From Glycera tridactyla (lineage: Eukaryota): a DNA stretch of 64,000 nt. The notes beneath the pieces were generated by a model. The model had not been told where the DNA came from and did no database searches. It saw only the letters and a list, made by a program, of their open reading frames with translations. Shown here one piece after another: positions 1 to 12,770 of this stretch. The translations under genes were made by a program, and so were the position numbers. The DNA lies in assembly GCA_965644265.1 (NCBI GenBank), contig OZ286463.1, positions 99,510,001-99,574,000 on the forward strand, read 5' to 3'. The stretch's first letter is position 1; every line of letters starts with the position of its first letter.

Positions 1-318
1 ATGTGATGAATGAGGAGAAAATGTGTGGTCAATAAGGAGAATGATCGTAGTCGATAGAAATGATGATATATGATTGATTATGTAAGTGAGTGCAATGACC
101 AGGTTAGATGTTACCTCCAAATATATTATGAAGTACAAGAATACGTTCAATGATGTGTGAATCAGCCGGTGAGAATATGTGATGAGGAAAAATGCCTTGA
201 TGGGTTGATCAGATGAGTAATGATCATATCTGAGAAATGCCCTGATTAAGTTTCAAGGTAATCAGGAACTGGGCGAATGAGCGCATTTATGGGGAATTGG
301 GGTGTTTGGGAATTAGAA

Positions 319-467
319 AGAATGCGCCGAGTGCCGTGTCCGTGGAGACCGTAAACGCCGAGTAGCGACCCCCGGGGACGCGCGAGTGGCCGGAGGCCAC
401 GAGTGCGTCCCCGGAGATCGATACGAGGCGTTTATGGACTCCACGGACACGGCACGAGGAGCATTCT
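319..467 (+). other. 149-nt imperfect palindrome (73-nt arms, 3-nt loop GGA) with three tandem G.A mismatch motifs
   Basis: Position i pairs with 786-i from 319/467 to 391/395 with no indels: 60 Watson-Crick pairs, 2 G-T wobbles and 11 mismatches (8 G.A, 2 C.A, 1 A.A). It is a GC-rich island in AT-richer flanks. Confidence 0.95.
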
Positions 468-661
468 GGACTTATCATCCGATAAATGAATAGAATAATG
501 AATCAGCTTCAATTTGGTGTTCAGATTGTGAAAATCGGACCACTGGTTGCTGAGATATGGTGATTCTTGTAGAGGTATCCTTCCTAACATCTTCCGTGAC
601 GCGATACTGATTGAACGTTCGACACGGCCAGGTGACCCTTGACCTCCATTGTTTCAATGCG

Positions 662-696
662 GTTCGGCAACGTTCGGCAGCGTTCGGCAACGTTCG
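662..696. repeat. 10-bp tandem repeat CGTTCGGCA(A/G), about 3.5 copies
   Basis: Seen directly. Confidence 0.85.
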
Positions 697-2654
697 TAGA
701 CCAACACCCCTGATCCAGTAGGCGTAAAGCACACGTGATTTTCGCTATCGAATGAAAGCACAGCAGCAAGGCGGGAGGGTAGACGGCGTGAAAATACCCA
801 CTAGACCCGTTATCGGATGATAATATGCGATCAATGGTTGGACTGATGGGAATGAGGAGTAAAGAATTAGGTAGTAGGTAGGATTATGCCGTGAATGAGG
901 AGAATAGGTGAAATAATGGGCACAGAAGATGTATGAGGATGAATGAGTAGTGGTCATCAGGAGTGGGATGAATATATCTGATGATGGATTAGAATCAGTG
1001 CAATGATGGGGGAGAAGTGTTTGATATTGATGATCCTGTATGGTGAATATATCACGGAGTACGCTCAGCCAACTTCCAGAAAAAACCAACATCTACTAAG
1101 CATCACTGATTTATATCGGACTAGTAACTGGACTAGTAGCTGGATATACTACTATTTCACCCATGAGGTGATTTATTTGTTTGGAGTTTAACGGTATGTA
1201 TCAACTTGATGTATGCCGTGTGTTCCTGGTTGATGAAAGCACGATGCGCTTTCCCTCGCAGACATCTCTCTCACAAACCCAGAACATAAGATGATTGGAT
1301 CCTGAATAGCTGTCAAGTGGAAGTAGCTACCTACCCAACATGAACAAACTGAATCTGATGATGGCATCTTCATCCATGTAACTGGCGCTGACACTCTGAC
1401 CAAATAGCGATATTTTCGTGGGGGAGGGGGCGATCATTACCGATTTGATGAAAGAAACATTCAGGTGATGGGATCCTAGCGTAGCTATATTTTCCTGACT
1501 TGGAAGGAATCAGTTGCCATAGGTGTCCAATATACGTGGTTGAATCGCCGAATAAAACCTATTCCAGAGCAAAGTGAGCGGTGATGGCCAATGATAAGGG
1601 GAGTAGTCTTGCTATTGCATGGAGGTGATAAAGGAGAAAGTTCTCCGAGAAGAGGAAAAGGAAATGAAATGAAATCAACATACCAACATCGCGTTCATTC
1701 TGATGAACCAAGGGTTATGGGTGAATGGAATGTCTCAAGTTATCATATATGGATGAAGAATAGAGAGAGAGATGGGAAGCAGACAGGCTTACAGATAGGT
1801 GGACAGAGAAAGTCAGAAGGACGAAACGACAGACAAACCGCTGGAAAGACATGTGAACAGATGCATCACTAGCAAGTCCTGTTTGATGTGTGAAATATCA
1901 AAATACATGTCTTGTCCATCACAGCCACCCTATCATTCCCGATACTCATCTTACAAATTCATTCGCCACATCTAATTCGACTTCGAAAATCTGAGATCAG
2001 AATCTTTCATCCACGAGCCGGATCAAAATGCTTGCTCGAACCTTCATCTTTAATTGAAGGGACGTATACAAGATGACTGAATTTGGAATCAATCATATTT
2101 CGTTGCATTCCCAACATTTGTGGGGGTTGAACCATTGCATTCATAGCATTTGACATTGTGATGCATTGAAGCCATAGCGTCCTTCTTATGCTGGGTGGTC
2201 GACACATATATCGTAATTTCGGCATCGATGATGGTAGTTCCAGCGGCAATAACCTCTATTGCTAAGATTCAATGCCCCATATCATAGCTGCGAGCTACTA
2301 GGGTTACTAGGACCACCAGACACTTGAACTCATCTCTTTTGATCCCGTATGTATCTCAATGAATTTGTCTGTATCTCAATATGTTCATTGTCGTTCTTCA
2401 TCCACACAAACAGCTTGGTCACGAATACCCGAAGCTATTTTGATGATACGTGTACTGAACTGACGAGATCTATGTGCATCAACTGGTATTGACACTGTGA
2501 TTTCAGTGACAGGCATCAAAAGTGGGAGTTGATATGAAAAATAAGTGACAGAGAGAGGAAGAAAGAGAGAGATGAAGAGAGACGCAGGCTGCCATGTTCA
2601 ATGTAGCTCGACGGATGATATATGAGAGTTGAAATAGGAGAGTCGCTGGTGAAA

Positions 2655-2669
2655 AGAGAGGAAGAGAGA

Positions 2670-2723
<54 letters not shown>

Positions 2724-2732
2724 GATAGAGAG
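2655..2732. repeat. (GA)n microsatellite
   Basis: Seen directly. Confidence 0.97.
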
Positions 2733-5700
2733 ACGGGGGAAGCCTATTTTCTATGCTTCAGTGTTTGGTGTAGCTCGAGTGGGAAAAACTCTGCCTGACA
2801 CAATGATAGATTCGACTCTCTCTATCTGAATGCCGATGATTCCACCAACATGTACCGATTGCAATGTTATTCGATTATGCTAGAGAATTACCGCAATCCT
2901 GTGTCCAATAAAGGGCATGCCTCAAAGAGGAGGCATGGCGAATGAGCGAAGTGGGGTCATTCTGCGGTGAAAATGCAGGCAATCATCGGGATTATCGTTG
3001 AAATATCGACTTTCATACCAGCCTGATAATTGTGCGAGACAAGACTTGAGATAAGCTTGCAGATTAGAGATCTAGTACATTAATTATCCCTGATTACTCA
3101 GACAGAATGCACGTGTTCATGGGCTGTTAGATAGTAAGTCGATTTCTTGCCACATGACCAGACACTATGCCATAATTGGGAAGATAAAAAAGCTCTAAAT
3201 ACTCTATATCCATGTGCGCTCAATACTGTCCCCTGTCGGGTGAAGAAAAAATATGATTAAATTGCTTGTTCATCTTATATCACTCCGCGGAATAGATCAG
3301 CTTTTATGAGATCAAGTGTTGGACTCGGCAGACAATTCAAAAGGTTAATGGGTTACTACTGACAAAACACATAAGTACCACCAGTATTACTGATACTACC
3401 TCTAATTCTACCACTCCCGCTACCATGACCACTTCTAATACCATCTCTCCCCATAATATTCCCATCACCACTACACCTACAAATATCGCTATGGCTATTA
3501 CTGAATGTGATGAGGAAAAGAAATGGAAATGATACAATCACCACGACTACTCTCCCAACTGATATCGAATAGCGCCTGAGACAAATCTACCCGTTTCGTT
3601 TGGTTTGATGTCGATGCATCTGCTGTGTGGTATATACTACTGGGAAGATCATCACTCAGTATGTGAGAGCAGACGCTGTAGATGGGTTCAGGGAAGATGC
3701 ATGACGTTCCAACGGCACTTCGTTTAATCTGACTTCTATCACCGACGCATTTTCAAGTGTCATCAAATCAATATGTGCATCAGTGAGATTACAACCATCG
3801 ATTCTGTGTAATCATCAATCAACTCGGAATATATTAGATGAATTACACGGCGTTGGAACAACCAGCTGCCATCGAGCTTTTAACCTTCGACATTGACTTG
3901 TTTCAGTTCCTACTTTCTCAATGATTAACTTCGGCGCAAGTAGCACGTGTTTTTAATGGCTTTTTCAATGGCAATCGAGTAATATCATGATAGAAGCCAA
4001 TTAATGGTCCCAAACAACTATTTAATCATCATCCGCCACAAATCTCGAACAACATAGAGCTCAACTTCCATTTTCTAATGCATACAAGATGCAAAATCAA
4101 AATCATCAACTCTTATCATGGTCCACTTGTAGTTTGATCTGTGAAATGTCGGGTCTTTCTGATCATGGATTTGGCATTTTCAGGAATACCACATCCAAAT
4201 TACGAACCGAAGATAAGAGATCTTTAAGATGATATGCCAAATACAGGGCCAGTGAGTAGTAGGCATATGACAACTGCTAAACTTCTGTCTTGCAATTCAA
4301 ATCCATACTCAACATATCATGTCCTCACATCTTAGAGCACATTCGTTTGATTGTCTTCGGGATCTGCAGAGGCCATTCAGCTTCCGGAAGTATTCGGTTT
4401 TCAGGCGCGTCCGAGTGAATGGTATTTGTATATTCTAAATGATGTGTTTATTCATTCGCCAACTGGACAGGCCATTCGTAACGTGGTGATTCATCCTCTT
4501 CCAGCTTGATGAAGTCCATCCATATTGAGAGTCCGATTGATGCTCACCCAGCACAGGACACTATGCACCATAGAACTTGCGAGTCTGATGAATTCCTTTG
4601 GATGACATGACAGCAACTGGTAGGGTGATTCCGAATTTTGGATCACTTCGGGTCCAGAACCCCAGTAAGAGAGATGAGGTCGGCGAGTATTTCATCGGCC
4701 AGGAAAATTAGATCAATATATAGAACATTATTATTGAAACATCTACAATTGAGTCAAGTCATCTGAAAGCTTGTCGTTCACATCACATCCAACCCTGAAC
4801 ATAAATGACTAAACCAAATCATTTTTTGTTCGCAAGGCAATTTTACAGTACCAACGGATAATGAAAAGCTAACACCTGTGTGGATTGAGCCAAGGATCTT
4901 TTGTAGTGGTTGACTAGCCTAGTCCCTTTCACATTGGCAATGTGCGTGAGGAATGCGTGAGTGAAGGGAAGATGTCAGCTTGAGGTCACTGTCCTATTTA
5001 TTGCCTTGTGTTGTTGCTGCTGCTGACTATTCCCCGCATGTTCGTGGGTGTGTCCCTCCCAAAGATCATCCCAAGGCTATTTGCATTTCTCATTAGACGC
5101 CATACAACGAGCTAGAGAAAATTCAATTAGAATCCTCATTCTACAACCTAACCTACTGGTCCTTGAAGGTGGTCGTACTTAATCATCCGGAACGACATTT
5201 ACGAGGATACTCTACGTGGTTTTACTAGAAAATTAGGAAGTTCCATGTGGGGTCTAACACTCTTTTAGCGATGGAAAGGTGATATGTGGAATGTAAATGG
5301 GGAATATGCCACCTATTTTACTACGAAATCATTGTCATTTCGTGTTTAGATGTCATCGACAATGTAGTGCTAGAAAATGCAGCAATATATGAATATTCCT
5401 CATTCTATATCATTTCGACTGATTGAAAATATGCGGATGGTTCGGATATCCCTGATCTGACACTAGAATGATGACAATCTGGAAAAGTGTTATGCTGATA
5501 CAAATATGGCCCTCAAAAAGAATTTCGGACTCAATCCATGTGAATGCCTGCGAAATTCGGACTTCGTCTCCTTACCGCTGAAACTAAAACAGTCAGCGGA
5601 TATTTCAAATGTATGGCATATGTTAAGAAGAATATCAACCACTATTCTAGGTAATTCATTCCTGGCTGACTCGCACATTGCATGCAGCTAGGTCTGAACT

Positions 5701-6411
5701 CCGGCACAATCCCAGAATATGTCGAGCCAGCACTATTGGAGATATATGATAGTGTAAGAATCTTGACGAGTACACCACATGCCTCTTATGTCACTTCCAT
5801 TAGTCTTCATTCGTTTGTTACATGAATTTATCAGGAAACTCAGTTTCTATTCGAATAGGTCTCTATCCTTGACTAAGGCGAGTCTTATTATAAGACCAAT
5901 GGAGGCCTTGTCTAATGCATACTCTAGAACATTCTTAGAATTTGTTCGACCATTTTATGACAGTGACCAAGCAATTTTTTTTCTATTGTGGACGCACAGT
6001 GATGACGGCCGTTTAGGAACTTTCAGAGTTTTCTAAAGTGTAATACTATATGATATATTGCCTGTGCGAGTGTGTCCTTTATTGCGATGAATTTATCTTG
6101 ATCCCTACAGTTCCGGGATGTTCAGTTTGCAATACCCTGTGACTGCTACATTGAATGCTGAGGAGAAGAGTGAGTTCTGGAATGCATGGAGCTAATATGC
6201 TGTCCAGCTGCTCTTGATATATTAGGCTTCAGTTTGGCAGGCCAGCGAGCTTGTTGCTATGGAGAATTAATCCAATCTAGAGAAGGCTATCCTTGGAATA
6301 TATTCACCCAGCACTGCCGTCTTTTTCTGCCCAGTAGAATCCACCTACCTTCCCTTGTCATTTGATTCGATATAACACAGTGAGGAAATGTTTGCAGAGA
6401 AACTTGTATCA

Positions 6412-6432
6412 ATCTGTCTGTCAGCTTGTCTC

Positions 6433-6487
<55 letters not shown>

Positions 6488-6700
6488 GTCTGTCTGTCTG
6501 TCTGTCTTTGTCATCATGTGTCTATTTTCTGTCTCTCTGACCATATGTCTATCATCCTCTCAGGCTATCTGTCCACCTGTTTGTTGTTCTGGCTAACTGT
6601 CCATCTGTCTGTACGTATGTCTGTCTGTCAATCTATCTATTTTTCCGTCCGTCCGTCTGTCTGCGTCTGAGTCTGACTGTCTGTCTGCTTGCCTGTCTGA
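6412..6700. repeat. (CTGT)n microsatellite, near-perfect core about 6433-6506, degenerate flanks
   Basis: Seen directly. Confidence 0.93.
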
Positions 6701-6724
6701 CACTTCACATATCTCGCCTTTCAC

Positions 6725-7065
6725 TAACCACCCACCCACTGAATTACATGCTCAAACACCCGCACACTTTCCGACTTACCCACCTAGCTACCTGCCGACC
6801 TGCCCATTTATCTACCTCTCTTCCTATTCATCCGACTGATTAGCATACTCGCCTATCTCCAACCTACCCACCTACAAACCTACCCACCTAGCGAACTAGC
6901 CATCAACCTACCTACCTACCTACCTAGCCAAGTAGTCACCTACCTTCCTATCCACCTAGCCACATACATAGGCAGCTACCTACCCACCAACCTACCAACT
7001 CACCATTCTCCCTAACTGCCAACTCAACTACCAAACTATCCGCCTACCGACATCCCTGCCTACAC
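6725..7065. repeat. Degenerate (CCTA)n tract
   Basis: CCTA/CCCA/CCAA tetramers. Confidence 0.85.
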
Positions 7066-9829
7066 CTCACTCAAAACCGATCAGCCACAACCTCAGCGCT
7101 CCAAATTTCATCATTTTGCTCTCCTCCTTATCTCACAATTATAAAGTACATTATTCGAGTCCTTATATGCCTGGGAGAAAGTTGATTCTGCGCTAACGAG
7201 ACATCATATATATTCACGAAATTAATGGAGGTTCCTTTCGTCTTCTCCACCCTTCTACCAACCCACCCACAGAATCAGCCATCTTTTTCGTACTGCGCTA
7301 CCCCTCACCTATGAATCATCCACAGGCGCTTCACCCATTGACTTACATCACCTGTCTTCGAACCACCCTTTCATTAACTCAACATTTTTTCGCCCACCAA
7401 CACAGCCCACTGACACACCTCCGACTCATGTACGACATAATACAATTACCATACTAACCACTTATCTAGACCTGGACCGACCAATATACCTGGAAATACT
7501 ATACAGAGGTGATACTCAGTCACCTCAGCACAAATATGGTACCTATGAAAGGTGTCGTGATCCGGGTACCTTCACCTAACCGCGCGAGTGTTTTGTGGAG
7601 TGGTGCATGACTTCGCGAGTCAATATGCAGTTCTATGAGACGATTCATCGAATTTAATCATTGACTTATACTCTTGAAAATATGACATTTGCCAGCCATA
7701 ATCGAGTAACTGATGCCGTGGAAGTCAGGGTATTTCCCACAGTTAATACGAAACAAATTATGGTCATTTTCAGATTTTGCATCATATCCGTTTTGAAGCA
7801 TCACTATATCATGGCAGTATCGCAGATATGAGACGAAGGTTGGGATGTGAACTTGAAGCATAGTCAACGCGCGTAACGCAGGTATTGGTCCAGAAATGTA
7901 TTTCGAAAAAAAAATCTAATTGAATTGTAATTCAGACTACCTTCCGCTTCGCTTGCTAACAATCTTTGTGTGGGTAGGGAGAATTACCGCCACGACTCCT
8001 GAGGCGGGGACAGAAGTTCACCTCATTATCTGGAAGAATTCTTCATGTTTATATTAATACTAACTGTATCGAGCAAACCACTAGCTCCGGTATGGAAAAA
8101 CCTTGTACAATTGAGAGTACACGCTAATCGAACTCCATCGTGAACGATTGACCGGCAGTAGTATATGACATATGGAGTAGAATCGAATGACCGAACATAG
8201 GCGAGTTTGAAAGAAATAGGAACACCTTAAACTGTTGCTAGGAAGAATGAACTTCGAGAATGGGATGGTGGTGGTTTTGTCAAGAAAAATACAATGAAGA
8301 AATTCGTTGCCAAAGAGGACAAAATTATTGCAATGGAAAATACAATGCGAGAATTGATTGCCAACGATGGCTGCCCTAAAATGATAACAAGCAGATTGAA
8401 AGTTGTGTATTTTCAGCGAATTATTCAGCTGAAAAAAACAAACAATAAATTTTTCGTTGGGGAACTCCATTATGGAGTGGTTGTGTCATTGAATTTGAAT
8501 GTCTAGGTACACTGTTGACAGAATATTCTGTAAAATGAATTTGGTGAGCTGGTTTCTGGATATCTCTGCTTCAACAATGTGTACTCCCGATCACTGGGGA
8601 AGGCCACGTTTCTCTAAAGGATCGTGACCCATCAACCATACTCATGTTGAGGTTTTGATTGGCAATAAAGACATCTCCCTCTCGCAAAGCAAATACCGCA
8701 CAGAAGTATCATGCTTCAACAAAATTGATATTTCCATCCATGATTAGGCCGATAGAGGCTTTTCAGAGTCGTCATGGGTGTCACCAGAGCAAAAGAATCC
8801 CGAGACCTAGACATTCTAATCCAATACAGGGTACCAATCATCCACACATCTATAGAATGAATCACAGAGAGTCAGCAGAATGAGAGAAGTCCGGCTGGTT
8901 CGAAGTCCATACAGGCTTTGTGACCAAATTCAAGCTTGTGATTTTTATTACTTTCTTTTGTTGGGATTTCACGTGAACGCTAGGCGTGATTACATGACAG
9001 GGAATATCCAAGATAAGCATAAGACCCCACGTGAAAAACAACTCTCATTAAATATGATGAGACTCTCCCTGAATCTGCAAAACTGATTTGTTTTCGGGGG
9101 AGGGAGGCATCACAACTCCCGAGAATTAAGTTCAAAACAATTTCATGCGAAATGACGAACGTCGGGAGAAATCCCCAGGATTTCGACTGTAGTGATATTG
9201 GTTTCAGAAGGTTGTCAATTGAAATGAGGATGAAAGAAAAGGTCAGGTAAGATGAGGACAAGTTGGTGTAAACATGTGCTCACAGCAACATACCTTGTAA
9301 TAACACGTCTGATAAACCTGTTATGGTGAATAGTGGAGATGGGATTTTCAATCTATGGTCTTGACTCTGCGGTTAGAATACATAAACATGTCTAATATAC
9401 TTCTCTTAGTGCAAACAACCAACAAAAACATCTCTCTAGGATCATGTACTCAAGTTATGAATGGGATTATACAAATTGATTTGTATACCTGTCCAGGAAT
9501 TCCTAGCCACTGATTAATGTTACCTTCAGGCAATCTTATCCGACCAAAGACATTGGAAGTTTGAGTGGTTCCGAGATTATCAAATGTTTAAGTGATCAGC
9601 AGATTGAGCGGAATTCAATTACATGTTGCAGACTAAAGTATTTCGAGTACCTCCTGTTCTACATATGGCAAAGTCGAATCAATTGTTGAGATCCAGCCCC
9701 CTTTAGAAGGCTAAGGTCAAAGCTATGAGTGAGGTAGCTATCAGTTCAGACGTTCCTCTGCCTGCATCTAAAATCGTAACCTTCTATGAACAATCACTCC
9801 GGGTGCGGTCACAGTCATCACGAATGTGA

Positions 9830-9846
9830 GGGGGGGGGGGGGGGGG
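9830..9846. repeat. G17 homopolymer (G-quadruplex-capable)
   Basis: 17 consecutive G. Confidence 0.9.
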
Positions 9847-10419
9847 CGAATATTACGTTTAGGTATGGTAGTTATTATTTAGTGCAAGCATTCGCCTTCC
9901 CTGCATGAAACCCTCAAACTGCTTCATGATTAGTTAGTTATCAAGGTGACTGGTCTTCTGTATCCCTGGCTATCTGTCTGACTTTCCAGATGTCGGTCTG
10001 CCTGCCTGCTGGTCTGCCAGTTTGTTCCTTTATGTCTCTGTCATTCTCCTATCTCCCTGTCCTGACTTACATCTCACTGCGCGTATGTCTGCATGTCTGT
10101 CAGTCCGAGTGTCGATCTCGTATATACGTCTGTCTTATTTGAGTGATTTTTTCCTGGAATCTCTATCTATATCCCAGGTCAAGATTATTTCATCACCTCC
10201 CAGATCATGTCTATGTCGTCCATATGATCTCTGAACCTTCCCAAACATCTCTTGTTTTGTTCAAATCATGACTAAATCTACCTATAGATCCTCTCCATGC
10301 AGTGGAGATCGCCTCTACGTCTTCCAGTTTTGTTTCCAAATCATTTCTATATATCTCAAATCATGCCTGTATCGTCAAGACTCTCTCCGAAGATCCATGT
10401 TTATCATTATGTTGTCCAC

Positions 10420-11340
10420 TCCCCACTATATATCCAGGATGATCTCAATAAAGTCTGGATCATTTTTATACATCTCAGATCATCTCTGTATTGTCCGGAC
10501 TCTCTCTATACATCACAGATCATTTTTTTATTGTCCATACCTTCTCTATATGATTTTCAGATCATCTCTATATTGTCCAGACTCTCTCCATATATCCCAG
10601 ACCGTTTCTATATAGTACACACTCTCTATATATCCCAGATCATTTCTATATTGTCCACTCTCTATATATATCCCAGATCATTTCTATATTGTCCAAACTC
10701 TCTATGTATCCCAGGTCATTTCTATATTGTCCACACTCTCTGTATCTCCCAGATCATTTCTATTTTGTCCACACTCTCAATATATCCCAGATCATTTCTA
10801 TATTGTCCACACTCTCTATATATCCCAGACGAAGAAAAATAAAGAAATATCAATCTAATCAATCAATCAATCATCGCTATATTGTCCAAAGTCTTTCTAT
10901 ATATCTCAGATCATTTCTAAATTTTCCAGACTTCATTCTCATCTTTATGGTTTCCTCCGAATCATTTCTATATTGTCCACACTCTCCATATATCCCAGAT
11001 AATTTCCATATTGTCCACACTCTCTATATATCCCAAATCATCGCTATATTGTCCAAAGTCTTTCTATATATCTCAGATCATTTCTACATTGTCCAGTCTT
11101 CATTTTCATCCTTGAAATCATCGCAATATTGTTCAGATTATCACCAGAGCTGCCAGGTCATCTCAAAATACTTCGGATCATCTTTACATCGTTTAGGTCA
11201 TTGCGATATTGACCAGATTTTTTTTCATCATAGCTATGAACTCCATGTCTTTCAGGTCATTTCTAGATTATCTGAAAACAATCAATATCATCTCTATCTA
11301 GTCCCGGTCATCACCTGATCCTATTGCTCATCTCTGTACT
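10420..11340. repeat. 38-bp degenerate minisatellite (TATCCCAGATCATTTCTATATTGTCCACACTCTCTATA)
   Basis: The CCCAG(A/G) anchor recurs at 10634, 10672, 10710, 10748, 10786 and 10824 (period 38) and decays on both sides. It accounts for the long 181- and 209-aa ORFs here. Confidence 0.93.
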
Positions 11341-12367
11341 GTCCCGACTATCTCTTCATCATCTATGTCAGAAATATATGATACAGATAACATCATGCAC
11401 TGAATTGGATGTAGTACTTGAACTCCATGGATCTGTTCACGCGGTTAGAGATATGGACAATAATTGTCAGATCTCAATCACACATAGCGAGACGCAGGCT
11501 CAATCACCATAAATTGTGAAATCTAACAATAAGGCACTGGATGGTACCCATTTGGAGTGATATATGAAATGCATCATCAGAAAGAATCACTTCATCATCA
11601 TCAAAAGAGATCCTCATCAGGCATGAGAAATAGGATGTCCTCTATCCTTCACCCAAGTCAACATTGTGGATCAATGCGGGTCCATTCCAAACGCTAGTCA
11701 AGCTCATTAACACTGTTTATGTACTGGTAATTGTGCTGCCTTGTATATTAGTCAGGGTGTTCCCTCATACTACAGGGGTCTATCTTGGCTCAGATTAGAC
11801 GTAATCGAGTCTGGGATGCAAGAGATGAGCGTAATAACGTAGCACTCGCCCTCATGGAGTTGATGAGGTTGAGACTGGAAGGCTTTCACCCAAGTCTACA
11901 TATCCACCATAATGAATTTAGTACTGCAGACTGGGATGGGTTTCCACTGAAATGGACCATTCCAGAGGTTGGACGTGCTGCAATTTTATTGACATCGGGC
12001 TTCTTTATTCAATTAGCCCTATGGCCGTGGCATAAAATTCTGCGCTACTTGGAGTAAACACCCTGACAGCTGATTAACTAGAAGTGCCTGCGTGCCATAT
12101 CACCACACTCATTTGCAATACATTCTCAGTTAGAAATTACCTCCATTTGTAATGAGACTGACCATTTATCAACCACAAGTGTTTCGATGTGTTCGCTCAT
12201 TTGTTATTTCTAGTCTCTGTATTCTTTCATCCGATTCCGGATTTGCTTGCTAACTCGGATGTCGACACATGGGACTAGGAATTCAATGTGAATGAATGGT
12301 GTATTTGAAGGGGAAAACATATTTTGTCTCAACCCGATGGAGTATGAATGACGGGTTTGTGCACGAT

Positions 12368-12770
12368 TAGGTTAACAGACTACTTGAATGGTAAGTGTGC
12401 AAAATGTGTTTTAGGTAGTTTGGTAGGTGGATAGGTAGCCAGCTGGGGAAGTAGGTAAGTAGATGGTCAGGTAGGTAGGTGGGTAGGTATATGGGTGGGA
12501 AGGTAGTTAGGTAGGCAGAGGGGTTGCTGGGTGGGTAGGTAGGTAGGTGGGTAGGTAGGTAGGTAGATGGATGGGTAAGTTGGTAGGTAGGCGGATAGGT
12601 AGGTATGTAGGTGGGTGAGTATGGAGGGGTCAGGTCCCCTGAGAAACTCCTCAGGTAGATACGTAGGTGGGAAGTGAATACATCGGTGGGGGAGGTGATG
12701 AGGTAGGTGACATTGGTAAGCATATAAGTAGATAATATGTGTTGGCAGATGAGTGAGTAGGATGATTCGT
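12368..12770. repeat. Degenerate (TAGG)n tract
   Basis: GGTA/GGTG/GATA tetramers. Confidence 0.85.

Noticed and set aside
2007-2260. VKCYECNG and CRNYDIC motifs suggesting a Ly6 or ZZ zinc finger
   Set aside because: They are in different frames, in the wrong order, and interrupted by stops.
2771-2820. tRNA-like A and B boxes (possible SINE head)
   Set aside because: The B box is mismatched, the spacing is about 5 nt too short, and there is no cloverleaf.
3340-3535. Thr/Ser/Pro-rich mucin-like frame
   Set aside because: It is a degenerate ACT/ACC trinucleotide tract without convincing splice sites.
10268-11318. Long ORFs of 115-209 aa
   Set aside because: They are products of the 38-bp minisatellite, with repetitive peptides in several frames.
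6725-12770. (CCTA)n and (TAGG)n tracts as possible inverted ends of a 6-kb element
   Set aside because: They share only the tetramer, with no alignable unique sequence or TSD.
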